64,000 bases of DNA. Origin: a virus. The DNA is taken from IMG/VR virus record IMGVR_UViG_3300027704_003324, positions 75,241 to 139,240 of that record; one strand, given 5' to 3'. Numbering within the stretch: the first letter of the stretch is position 1; the number at the start of each line of letters is the position of its first letter. Shown here piece by piece: positions 38,419-47,563 of the stretch. The notes beneath the pieces were generated by a model. That model was not told the DNA's origin. It made no database searches and saw nothing but the letters and a program-made list of their open reading frames with translations. Both the position numbers and the translations under genes were made by a program.

Positions 38419-39225
38419 CTAAGAACCAAAATATAAGTTTTTATCAGAGTCAAAATACAATCCTCCGACTACTGGTGTTGGTGTAGTAGATTGAGATGTT
38501 AATAAAAGAACTCCGGTACTTGAAACCTTAAATAGTTCTTTAGATCCTGATGTAAGAGTGAAAGGATTTGTATTGCCTGTCATATTGATAGACATCGATC
38601 CTGTTACCTCTATATTTCTATTTGTTGAATGATATGATCCAGTTTGTGCAAATATACTGGATGCTCCAGCTAAAGTTGTAACTGCATTAATAAAATGTGA
38701 TGAACCTGTGTTAACATTTACACCGTTACTGTCTAAAGTGATACCTGAACCTGCATTTACATCTAATGATACAGAACCTTGAGTTCCTCCTCCTGAAAGT
38801 CCATCTCCTGCAAATACTGCTGCAATATCTCCAGTTCCTGATATATTCTGTGGTTCCCATCTATTATTTGATTGACTCCAAGCTAATACATCTCCATCGT
38901 CTAATGAACCAGTATTTACATCTGATAAGTCTCCTAATGTTGATGCTCCTCCACTTCCTCCAAAGCCATTAAATACACTCCATGTTACTGAATCGGCAAA
39001 GGTACTAACATAATCTGCTAATGTAACAGATGCTTGATATGTAGCTGAAGATCCTTCAACCCAAACTATTTGTCCGTCTGTTGCCCTGTTTGCTGGTATG
39101 TTATTAAGATCTGAGGTGTCTCTTACTGTATAGAATGCACCTTTTAGATACTGTATATCCGCAAACGCAACACCCGAACTACTGGCTGCTGATGTTAACT
39201 CTAATTTTGAAGTATATACTGGCAT
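38419..39225 (-). CDS. Virion structural/fibre-like protein
   Basis: LGDLSDV..GDVLAW..W and GDIAAVFAGDGLSGGG fibre motifs; TGS/SGS-rich. Confidence 0.7.
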   Translation of the reverse strand: MPVYTSKLELTSAASSSGVAFADIQYLKGAFYTVRDTSDLNNIPANRATDGQIVWVEGSSATYQASVTLADYVSTFADSVTWSVFNGFGGSGGASTLGDLSDVNTGSLDDGDVLAWSQSNNRWEPQNISGTGDIAAVFAGDGLSGGGTQGSVSLDVNAGSGITLDSNGVNVNTGSSHFINAVTTLAGASSIFAQTGSYHSTNRNIEVTGSMSINMTGNTNPFTLTSGSKELFKVSSTGVLLLTSQSTTPTPVVGGLYFDSDKNLYFGS

Positions 39226-39242
39226 ATTCTATCTTTATATTA

Positions 39243-42200
39243 TTATGTTGGTAGACTTCCGTTAGCTGCAACAAGTCTTATTTTAAAAGCTGTTGCTATT
39301 GCATTTTGTGACTTTCTACCAAATACAAACCATTCGTTATATCCTAAATGAGCAGTGTCAAGTACTATAGAATGTAATTCCCCTGTCTCTATTAAGAATC
39401 CTCCTCCATCTACATTCAAACAAGGGACTGCTCCTCCTGCTACACTGTTAAAGGTCTCTTGAATAGATGTCGGTAGGTTGCTCATATCTGATCCAGAAGG
39501 AAATAGAACTATTATCTGTCCAGTTGTAGCTGCAGAAATTAATCCTGCTGATGCTAATACTGTATCTAAGTTAGACCCACTAAGTGTTGCCTGTAATGTT
39601 GCTGATTGTGATCCTGCTAATGATATTGAACTGTCTCCTATCGCTCCTGCTTTAAATTTATAATAAGGTGATGCTGTATTTCCTGTATATGCTGTAACTT
39701 GTGGAGGAGTATCACCATTAAGAGTACTTGCTCCCATTACTGCATTATAATTACCTCCAAAACCAGCATCTGAACCATATGTGGAAGTATAAACATACAC
39801 TTTACCGTAGTCAGCTGATTGAGCTATAACTACATTACCTGTATCTGTACCTGTTTTCCCGAAAGCATCAGTGGCTGTAGCTGTAAAGCTATAAGTTCCT
39901 GCTGCTAAAGCACTATTTGCATTTATATTGAATGATGTTCCATTACCATTATTAGATACTGCAGTAAATGATGAAGCATGTGTACCGGATAGTGCTAAAG
40001 TAATCGGATAATCTGCTTCTGTATCTGATATACTAACAGTTGCTGTTAATACTCCTGCTGTTATGCTATCTGTTTCTAAAGAACCTTGTTCTGATATAGT
40101 AACTGATGGGTTATTATTTGTTGCTACATTAATAGTTATGTTTGAACTACCGTGATTGTTGTATTGGTCTTGGTACTGTATAGTACTTGTTATAGTATCT
40201 CCTGATCCAGTAGTAGAACCGCTAATATTAAGGTTAAGACTTAAATTACCGCTACTATTAACTGCTATTGCATCATTAGAAGAAGTAAAAGCTTGTACTA
40301 CTTGTGATCCATAGTTTGGACTATAATTAACTCCGACATCTCCCTGTGTTCCTGTTCTTCCATTGGTATTGGTTCTAATAATGTCACCAGTTCCTGCTGA
40401 TTCTATTATATAGTATGTACCGTTATTAGTTAATGTACCAGTTTGTGCTTGTGCAATTGTAAATGCATGACTAGATGTCCTAGTTTCAAAGCCATGTTCG
40501 TCGGCAATTGATGCTGTTACTGAATATACACCGGCTGTTAGAGGAGAAGTAGCTCTTATCAACCTAGAAGTACCAGATACAACTGATTCTAAGCTATCTC
40601 CATTAAATGATGCTGAATAAGAAGTGTAGTCTATTGTATTTCCTTCTGAGTCATTAAATGCTAATGCTACTAGGTTGTTTCCAGCGATTGCCTTGTTAGT
40701 ATTTAAGTTAGCATTAGTATTAGTAAATGTTATAGTAGGAGCTGTATTATCTGTTACGTTTAATGTAAAGTTCTGTGTTGAAGGTGTATTAAAAGCATTA
40801 GTTGCTGTTACTGTTCCGTTAATCTGTGTTCCTCCTACTTCAGATGATCCTGATACATTATAATTAACTGTTAGATAGCCTGAGCTATTAATTGCTAACT
40901 TACTGTTCGGTGTGACACCCCATGTTACTGATTGATTAGCTGTAAATTGTGATGTAGTACCGGAGTATCCATTTGAATTATCGTATAATGATGATCCATT
41001 AGTAGCTGATTCAATTACATATAAAGAAGTCTCTCCACTAATAGTAGGAGCACCATCATCAGATATCGGGATTGTTATTATACCTGTATCTGTACCGTTG
41101 TTATATGCATCAGTAACAGTAACTCGGTACTTATAGCTATTAACTATATCGGAGTTAAGGAAAACTGCTGCTTTTCTTGTTACTACTCCGGTTGATGATA
41201 TGTCAAAAGCATTTTCTGTTGGATCAGAGACACTAGTCCCAGTGTATGTACCTAACGAGATTGCTGATGAATCTAATTCTATACCAATTAATGTAACTGT
41301 TTTAAATACTATGGTATCTCCTTCTGGGTCAGTTGCTGTTATTGTTCCTGCAGCTGCATTACCTGCACTATTCTCACTTAATCCAGTAACTGTTTGAGCA
41401 TTGACAGTTGGCTGTGTATTATCTGTTACGTTAATAGTGATAGGAATCTGTACAAATGAATTGTTGTCATCTCCATCACTAAAATGTTGATCAGATGCTG
41501 TAATGCTTAGTGTATGTGTTGTTTTTGTTTCATAATCTAATGAACCAGTTACCTGATTGATAGTTACGTAGGTTGGTGACTTAACTATACTAAATAAATC
41601 ACCTGAATCTGATCCTGATGTGATTGTTATAGTGTCAGTTTCAGTATCTGTAAAATATATCTTTGTTATCTCTCCTGCTGCTGCGTTTTCATTTCTAGAT
41701 GTAGTGAAAGAGCTTATTACATTACCTCCAACGCTTGTTTCTCTAAATTGTGGTGCTGCATTTGCAGTTACTGTTACATATATAGTCTTTAATGTGAAAG
41801 CTCCTATAGTATCTGTTGCTCTTACGATTACAGGGTGTGCTAATGTATCATCTCCTCTATTAGCTGTATTAAATGCTGCTACTGTAGGTAATACTGCTAG
41901 TTTTAGTACTCCACTTACAATATTTACATAGCCATCTGTATAAGAACTATCTATTGTGAATGTAATTGCTTGAGATTCAGCATCTGTACCAGCTAATGTA
42001 ACTAAACTTGTTCCAATTGGTTCATACTCTGCTACTACTTGGTTACCTGTAGAGATAGTAGGTGCTGTATTGGGATAAAAGACTGCTTCTAAGAAATCTT
42101 CTATTGTATTTGCTGTTCCAGGGTTATATGAGTTAAATAAAGGGTGTTCTGTGTTAGATACTACTCTATTACCATCAAATTGGTTATTAAAAGCTGATTG

Positions 42201-43931
42201 TTGAGTTCCATCTTTGTTCATAAACTTAATAGACCCTGAGCTGATATATAAATGTTGCCAAGGTTTAACAGATGTACCTAAATCATTAGTAGATGAACCT
42301 GGTATTATGCTTCCGGTAACTATTTGGTTACCTATAAAGGTATTAGACCCTGTACTAGCGAAAGAACCGGTTTTATTATTTAATCCTGTTATATCACTAT
42401 GACTTCCTACAGCATATGAAGATGTAGCCTGTAAAAGACCTAGTACTGAGGCTTCTATTGAGCCTGTAAATGTGTTTAAGCCTGTTACATCTGCTTGAAC
42501 TGATGCTGTTATGTATCCTAATGCTTCTACTTGTAAAGAAGAGGATAATATACCTGCATTTAGTGAATTTAAGTAAGACCCTGTAGATGCTTTAAGAGCA
42601 TTAACTTCATTTTGTAAGGAACCAGTGCTTAAAGTCAAATTATCGACTTTAGATTGAATAGAACCTGTAAATAGGTTAATACTTGTTATATCACTATGAC
42701 TTCCTACAGCATATGATGAAGTAGCACTTAATAGCCCTTGAACTGTAGCTTCTATTGAGCTTGTAAAGGTATTAAGACCGGTAACATCAGATTGAACTGA
42801 AGAAGTGATGTATCCTAGTGTTTCTATTTGTAAAGATGATGATATAGTACCTTCTGGTATCTCTGTATGTGCAGAAGATAGAAATCCTAATGAGGATATC
42901 TGAGCTGATGAAGATATAATGCTATTAGGTAAAGAACTAAGGAATGAACCCGTTACAGCCTTAATAGAATTTACTTCTGTCTGTATAGATGATGTAAAAG
43001 TGTTTAGTCCTGCTACATCTGAACTTACTGATGCTGTTATGTATCCTAAAGCTGTTATTTGTGCTGATGAAGACAGTATACCTGCATTAATACCGGTAAG
43101 GTATGATCCAGAAGCTGATGTTAGGTTATCTACCTTAATTTCTATTGACCCAGTAAAGGTATTAAGCCCTTCTACGTCAGTAGATGCTGAAGATGTTACA
43201 AACCCTAGTGATTCAATCTGTAATGACGATGATACTGTACCAGAGTTAACTGTTCCAAAGCCTAATGCTGTAATTTGAGCAGAAGAAGAAACTATACCCG
43301 GTGGTTTGCTTGTAATCTCTTGATAAGTTGATCCTGTAATATATAATAAAGATTCTATTTGTGCAGAAGAGCTTATAATAGAAGATGGTATGTTACTTAG
43401 TTGGTTAAAACTTGCTATTCCTGAAGAGGTAACAAATCCTAAAGAAGCAATCTGTTGTGACCCGGATATTACATCTCTTTTAAATCCTAAGTTAAGTAAT
43501 TGTTGTGAACCGGATAAGGCATTCTTTATGAACCCTAATCCTTCTACTTGAATAGATGATGATACTATGTTACTAGCATCTACTCTACTAAAGTATGATG
43601 AAGTTAACTGTTCTAATGCTTCTACCTTAGTTTCTAGTGTTCCGGAAACAATTTCTATTGCTGCTAAACGCTTATCTACTGATCCAGTATAGGTATTTAT
43701 TGAGCTTGAGTGTAAGTTTAAAGGGAGTAACGAAGATCCAGTAGCACTTCCAGCTTCTAATGAAGCTATACGGTTAATTACATCAGATCCATTAAAAGTA
43801 AGTGAGGACCCTGTAATGTTCAACGAACCTGTTAAGTTCAAGGCATTCATCCCTGGTCTTAACTCGGTTTGCATCACGTTGTCTTTTCTAAAGACGAGTG
43901 ATCCTGATATTTCTCCTATGAACTTTGACAT
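39243..43931 (-). CDS. Giant virion appendage/adhesin with N-terminal SSSxQI repeats and cadherin/Ig-like domains
   Basis: 1562 aa; LDYE, ATDPEGD, NVTDNTxPT cadherin-like motifs; about 10 S[SG]SxQ[IVL]xxL[GL][FY] repeats. Confidence 0.75.
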   Translation of the reverse strand: MSKFIGEISGSLVFRKDNVMQTELRPGMNALNLTGSLNITGSSLTFNGSDVINRIASLEAGSATGSSLLPLNLHSSSINTYTGSVDKRLAAIEIVSGTLETKVEALEQLTSSYFSRVDASNIVSSSIQVEGLGFIKNALSGSQQLLNLGFKRDVISGSQQIASLGFVTSSGIASFNQLSNIPSSIISSSAQIESLLYITGSTYQEITSKPPGIVSSSAQITALGFGTVNSGTVSSSLQIESLGFVTSSASTDVEGLNTFTGSIEIKVDNLTSASGSYLTGINAGILSSSAQITALGYITASVSSDVAGLNTFTSSIQTEVNSIKAVTGSFLSSLPNSIISSSAQISSLGFLSSAHTEIPEGTISSSLQIETLGYITSSVQSDVTGLNTFTSSIEATVQGLLSATSSYAVGSHSDITSINLFTGSIQSKVDNLTLSTGSLQNEVNALKASTGSYLNSLNAGILSSSLQVEALGYITASVQADVTGLNTFTGSIEASVLGLLQATSSYAVGSHSDITGLNNKTGSFASTGSNTFIGNQIVTGSIIPGSSTNDLGTSVKPWQHLYISSGSIKFMNKDGTQQSAFNNQFDGNRVVSNTEHPLFNSYNPGTANTIEDFLEAVFYPNTAPTISTGNQVVAEYEPIGTSLVTLAGTDAESQAITFTIDSSYTDGYVNIVSGVLKLAVLPTVAAFNTANRGDDTLAHPVIVRATDTIGAFTLKTIYVTVTANAAPQFRETSVGGNVISSFTTSRNENAAAGEITKIYFTDTETDTITITSGSDSGDLFSIVKSPTYVTINQVTGSLDYETKTTHTLSITASDQHFSDGDDNNSFVQIPITINVTDNTQPTVNAQTVTGLSENSAGNAAAGTITATDPEGDTIVFKTVTLIGIELDSSAISLGTYTGTSVSDPTENAFDISSTGVVTRKAAVFLNSDIVNSYKYRVTVTDAYNNGTDTGIITIPISDDGAPTISGETSLYVIESATNGSSLYDNSNGYSGTTSQFTANQSVTWGVTPNSKLAINSSGYLTVNYNVSGSSEVGGTQINGTVTATNAFNTPSTQNFTLNVTDNTAPTITFTNTNANLNTNKAIAGNNLVALAFNDSEGNTIDYTSYSASFNGDSLESVVSGTSRLIRATSPLTAGVYSVTASIADEHGFETRTSSHAFTIAQAQTGTLTNNGTYYIIESAGTGDIIRTNTNGRTGTQGDVGVNYSPNYGSQVVQAFTSSNDAIAVNSSGNLSLNLNISGSTTGSGDTITSTIQYQDQYNNHGSSNITINVATNNNPSVTISEQGSLETDSITAGVLTATVSISDTEADYPITLALSGTHASSFTAVSNNGNGTSFNINANSALAAGTYSFTATATDAFGKTGTDTGNVVIAQSADYGKVYVYTSTYGSDAGFGGNYNAVMGASTLNGDTPPQVTAYTGNTASPYYKFKAGAIGDSSISLAGSQSATLQATLSGSNLDTVLASAGLISAATTGQIIVLFPSGSDMSNLPTSIQETFNSVAGGAVPCLNVDGGGFLIETGELHSIVLDTAHLGYNEWFVFGRKSQNAIATAFKIRLVAANGSLPT

Positions 43932-43985
43932 TAAAGCTTTGCTATTTTATAATATTAAGAAAACCGTCGTAGTTGCCCACTTTAG

Positions 43986-43993
43986 TATAAATA
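43986..43993 (-). promoter_or_regulatory. TATTTATA putative late promoter
   Basis: ~55 nt upstream of the 1562-aa gene. Confidence 0.55.
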
Positions 43994-44002
43994 GTCACCT
44001 GA

Positions 44003-44818
44003 TTAAAGGCTAGACTCATTTTCTGAAGTAAATTTGACCTCTGACTTGCTATATACTTTACGATTGTTATGCATATGTGCATTGATAGCATCTGATATTA
44101 TATGTCCTAGTAATGTAATGTTAAATTCTGTCTTAATCATCCTATCGCTACCTTGTACTATTTCTGCTGAAGTAGAGTAGGTGTCTATCTGTGCTCTAAA
44201 TCTATATTTATCTGGATCTCCCCAATAAGAGTCAGATGCAAAGTTTATTCCTTCGACAATTTTATTATTTTGTTCAACATAGTCGGTGTATATTATACAA
44301 GAGTATATTATATTAACATAATCTGGTATAGCTACTGCATAATACTCTTCTTGAGGTTTCCTATTGTTTAATATCCCAAAATTATCGTAAATATTGGTTT
44401 TAGAATAGGAAGTTTTAAACACTCCCATATTGTTTGGTCCGTTAGCATCTAATTTGTTTCCTAAGTTTCTGTTTTTTGAGATACTATCTCTTCTAAACAC
44501 TATTAAAGGTGCTTGCATCTTACCGTTCTTATCTCGGTAATACCCGTCTTTTTGCATTGCTGCCCATCGTTCAGGAGAACCATATACAAGAGGTACCTTT
44601 ATAGGTTTGCCGTTCTGTGTTACAGTTGGTTGCAGTACTTCATTAAAGTAATAGTAAATTGCTTCATCAATATCTTTTATACCTACGCTGAAGTTTTTAA
44701 CTGTATCGTTATCCCTTCTTATTTGCATAGCGCGATCTTTGCTTTTATCAATTGAAGCTCCTGTAAGGGCTGCAGATAATTGCTCTTGACTTTTCGGTAT
44801 AGGTTTCTTTCCAGCCAT
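44003..44818 (-). CDS. Tail completion/terminator protein (T4 gp15-like)
   Basis: KVPLVYGSPERW, APLIVF; follows the neck genes. Confidence 0.6.
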   Translation of the reverse strand: MAGKKPIPKSQEQLSAALTGASIDKSKDRAMQIRRDNDTVKNFSVGIKDIDEAIYYYFNEVLQPTVTQNGKPIKVPLVYGSPERWAAMQKDGYYRDKNGKMQAPLIVFRRDSISKNRNLGNKLDANGPNNMGVFKTSYSKTNIYDNFGILNNRKPQEEYYAVAIPDYVNIIYSCIIYTDYVEQNNKIVEGINFASDSYWGDPDKYRFRAQIDTYSTSAEIVQGSDRMIKTEFNITLLGHIISDAINAHMHNNRKVYSKSEVKFTSENESSL

Positions 44819-44819
44819 A

Positions 44820-45314
44820 TTATTCTCTATTTACTGCTTCTGTTATTCCTGCTCTGTCTGCTCTTGTTAAATGAGCATCAACTATAATCGACATAGATGA
44901 ACCGAATCCAGATGTACTGCTAGTAAGATTGTATGTATTATCTCTTCCTAGAAATAAGGTATTCTCTCTAACTGTATCAACTTCATAAAAATCATTATGC
45001 CATTGTACTATATCTCCTACCTCTGGAGGTAGTTCTGAGTCTATTAAGTCTTGTTTGATGAATGCAAAAGATGCTTCTCTTCCTAAATCAGGACCAAATT
45101 CTTTTATATCTATTACTTGATCTCCTCTAGTAATTAAACAGGCTATTTTAACTGCGTTCCAATAAGATTTCTGTAATGATTCTCCATATAGGTTCATACT
45201 AGAATCTTCTATACTCAATTTATGGTATAAAACTTCTTGCTCTACAATATCATGTAGCAGTTCCCTATTGATGTTAACCAATAAGTCAAAATCTCTGTTC
45301 GATCCAAATAGCAT
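44820..45314 (-). CDS. Neck/head-closure protein (T4 gp14-like)
   Basis: NLYGES, EFG, PEVGDIV, FYEVD; synteny. Confidence 0.65.
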   Translation of the reverse strand: MLFGSNRDFDLLVNINRELLHDIVEQEVLYHKLSIEDSSMNLYGESLQKSYWNAVKIACLITRGDQVIDIKEFGPDLGREASFAFIKQDLIDSELPPEVGDIVQWHNDFYEVDTVRENTLFLGRDNTYNLTSSTSGFGSSMSIIVDAHLTRADRAGITEAVNRE

Positions 45315-45614
45315 TTATTTCTCTTCTATTGTTTCTGTTCCTATTTCCATACTAACTATATTACTGTATTTAGTCATGGCATTTTTTTTAAAAGCTTCAT
45401 ATGCTTCAGTTCCTTCTTTTTGACTTATAAGTTTTACTTTATATGTAGCAACTAATGATTCTTGGTCTTGACTTGCTAATGTAACTGTTGTTACACCAGG
45501 TAATGCTCTAATAGCATCATCATATTTGCTAGGACCTTCATCACCAAAGGTAACTTTGATCATTGCTTCGAATGTTCTGAATGTAATTTCAGATATAATT
45601 TGTGATAGTTTCAT
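45315..45614 (-). CDS. Hypothetical protein with capsid-targeting-like N-terminus
   Basis: MKLSQIISE; IRALPGVTTV small alpha/beta fold. Confidence 0.65.
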   Translation of the reverse strand: MKLSQIISEITFRTFEAMIKVTFGDEGPSKYDDAIRALPGVTTVTLASQDQESLVATYKVKLISQKEGTEAYEAFKKNAMTKYSNIVSMEIGTETIEEK

Positions 45615-46762
45615 TAACCTACGTATATTACCATTGGTACAGACTTTAAAATGTTCTCTACATCTTCAGATTCTTTAGCCTGTGCTTCTAATTGTTTACT
45701 TCTAGATGTCATATCTAATAGCTCTCTTAAACTTAATAATAAAGCTCCTTTTTCACTTCTTGCATCTGCAAGCAGGTCAGCTTGGTTAAGAGTTGCTTCT
45801 GATCCCGGTACTGGTACTGTTGCATACTTCCCTCTGATATATCCTAATAGTTCTTTTGCTAATGCTAAAGTATATTGGAAAATCCACTGTCTACCAACAC
45901 TATTAGTTTGTTTGTACTGTATATTTTCATAAGGTACTTCAGAAACATTTGTAATTACTGAATTGTTAGAGTTAAAGTTAGTTGATGCTTTGTCTTCCAT
46001 CTTATAATACTCAAAATGTAAACTTCCTGATGCAGTAGGTATTGGGAATAACTTTAATTTATTATTTGTCATTTCAAACGAAAAAGCGGACTTTCTAATT
46101 TGATCATTAAATTCAATTGCTTGTGTCTTTAGTACATCATAAGATGTTGGCATTAATAAAAAGTTAACTCCAGGACTAAATTTTCCAAAGTCAAATGCTC
46201 CCATTAAAGACTGTACACCTGTACCTGTTCCAGCATAAGGGTCAAAATACCTTTGTATCGCTGGTGCAGCTTCATAAAAGATTTTTCTTACTTCAATCTT
46301 TCCTGTAATGTTATTTTCTGCTGACCATGCATCAAAATCATAATTTTGTACATTTCTATTGATCGTTATTGAACCAGTATGTTTAGTTACGTTTCCACCT
46401 ACTCCAGCTTCTGTTCCGTAGTGTTGAGATATTTGTATAATTCTACTTATGGTTGGATCAATTACTTGGTTGTTCAAAGAACCTCTACTACCAGTAGAAG
46501 AGCCTTCTAAACCTAAATAATTCTCTCTTATATTGTATTGAAATACTTCATTACCATATGTAGTTATAGCTTCTTCAAAACATGCATAAAAAGAGTTGTT
46601 ATTCAATTCTACATCCATTAGAGGGTACCCTAATCTGGTAGCACAGAATTTAGCAACTTTATCAGCATCTTGTTGAAAAGAGCTGTCAGCATCGTAAAAC
46701 CCGAATGGAGTATTACCTGGTGCAAAGGTAGAACTTCCGTTCCATATAGTTACATTTGCCAT
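45614..46762 (-). CDS. Neck/adaptor protein (T4 gp13-like)
   Basis: RLGYPLMDVEL, WIFQYTLALAKELLGYIRGKY, TLN; TATTTATT at 46776-46783. Confidence 0.75.
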   Translation of the reverse strand: MANVTIWNGSSTFAPGNTPFGFYDADSSFQQDADKVAKFCATRLGYPLMDVELNNNSFYACFEEAITTYGNEVFQYNIRENYLGLEGSSTGSRGSLNNQVIDPTISRIIQISQHYGTEAGVGGNVTKHTGSITINRNVQNYDFDAWSAENNITGKIEVRKIFYEAAPAIQRYFDPYAGTGTGVQSLMGAFDFGKFSPGVNFLLMPTSYDVLKTQAIEFNDQIRKSAFSFEMTNNKLKLFPIPTASGSLHFEYYKMEDKASTNFNSNNSVITNVSEVPYENIQYKQTNSVGRQWIFQYTLALAKELLGYIRGKYATVPVPGSEATLNQADLLADARSEKGALLLSLRELLDMTSRSKQLEAQAKESEDVENILKSVPMVIYVG

Positions 46763-46787
46763 ATATTAGTTTTCTAATAAATAGGGA

Positions 46788-47474
46788 CTAATCTCTGAAG
46801 GTTTGGTATACTTTCAAGATAGGTGCCACTATATCGTGTCTATGATTGGTTTCTAATGAAGCTGTTTGAAAACCTTCTACGTTCTCTTCAATTCTAGATA
46901 GAAAAGAAAATCCAGTTTCTCTTTTGTCTTTTAAGTCTATTTGAGCCATATCTCCACATATTACCATTTTAGAATTTTTCCCTAATCTTCCGATTACGGT
47001 TTCCATTTGAGTATGTGTTACGTTCTGAGCTTCGTCAACTATTACAAATGCATTTACAAAAGTCCTTCCTCTTAGAAAAGCAAAAGGAACTATTTCTATA
47101 ATTTCGTCGTCTATTAATTTTGTTACTTTTTCTTTGCTGTAAAGCATGTGTAAGTTATGATAGATAGGCGCTAACCAAGGGTCCATTTTTTCTCTTATAT
47201 CTCCTGGTAAAAAGCCTATATCTTCTTTAGACACAGTAGGTCTTGTTATAATAACCTTATCTACTTGTTTGGTAAATAACATATCTAAAGCTACTTGAGT
47301 TGCTATTAATGTCTTACCAGATCCTGCCATTCCTTTAATGACTGTTATTGGAGCAGTAAGAATTTTAGCTTTAGCTTCTTTTTGTTCTTCGTTTAATTGT
47401 ACTTTAAATTTAATTGGGTTCTTAGGCCTCTTCTTTACTGAAAATACCTCATCGGTATGGTGTCTTTGTGGCAT
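46788..47474 (-). CDS. phoH: PhoH-family ATPase
   Basis: GMAGSGKT, IGFLPG, FLRGRTF, DEAQN, RLG..SKMVICGD..Q; start reassigned to MPQRHH (47474), downstream of terminator and promoter. Confidence 0.92.
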   Translation of the reverse strand: MPQRHHTDEVFSVKKRPKNPIKFKVQLNEEQKEAKAKILTAPITVIKGMAGSGKTLIATQVALDMLFTKQVDKVIITRPTVSKEDIGFLPGDIREKMDPWLAPIYHNLHMLYSKEKVTKLIDDEIIEIVPFAFLRGRTFVNAFVIVDEAQNVTHTQMETVIGRLGKNSKMVICGDMAQIDLKDKRETGFSFLSRIEENVEGFQTASLETNHRHDIVAPILKVYQTFRD

Positions 47475-47500
47475 GTTTATAACTTTATTTGATTTATAAC

Positions 47501-47508
47501 TATAAATA
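47501..47508 (-). promoter_or_regulatory. TATTTATA putative late promoter (phoH)
   Basis: Directly after the capsid terminator, ~27 nt upstream of ATG. Confidence 0.6.
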
Positions 47509-47514
47509 GGACAT

Positions 47515-47538
47515 AAAAAAAGAGGCCCGAAGGCCTCT
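47515..47538 (-). terminator. Rho-independent terminator after major capsid gene
   Basis: AGAGGCC-TTCG-GGCCTCT (C-UUCG-G tetraloop) followed by a T run. Confidence 0.92.
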
Positions 47539-47563
47539 CTTAATAATTTAGTCAAGATATAGA

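Noticed and set aside
30646-44013. Many hydrophobic Val/Ser/Pro-rich + strand ORFs, some repeating each other
   Set aside because: Antisense reading of Thr/Asn/Gly-rich fibre genes; the repeats mirror the sense-strand repeats
47475-47555. Longer N-terminus of phoH given by the ORF track (similarly 4319-4381, 35514-35540, 60153-60191)
   Set aside because: Extensions run through terminators, promoters or upstream genes; the downstream ATGs fit promoter spacing
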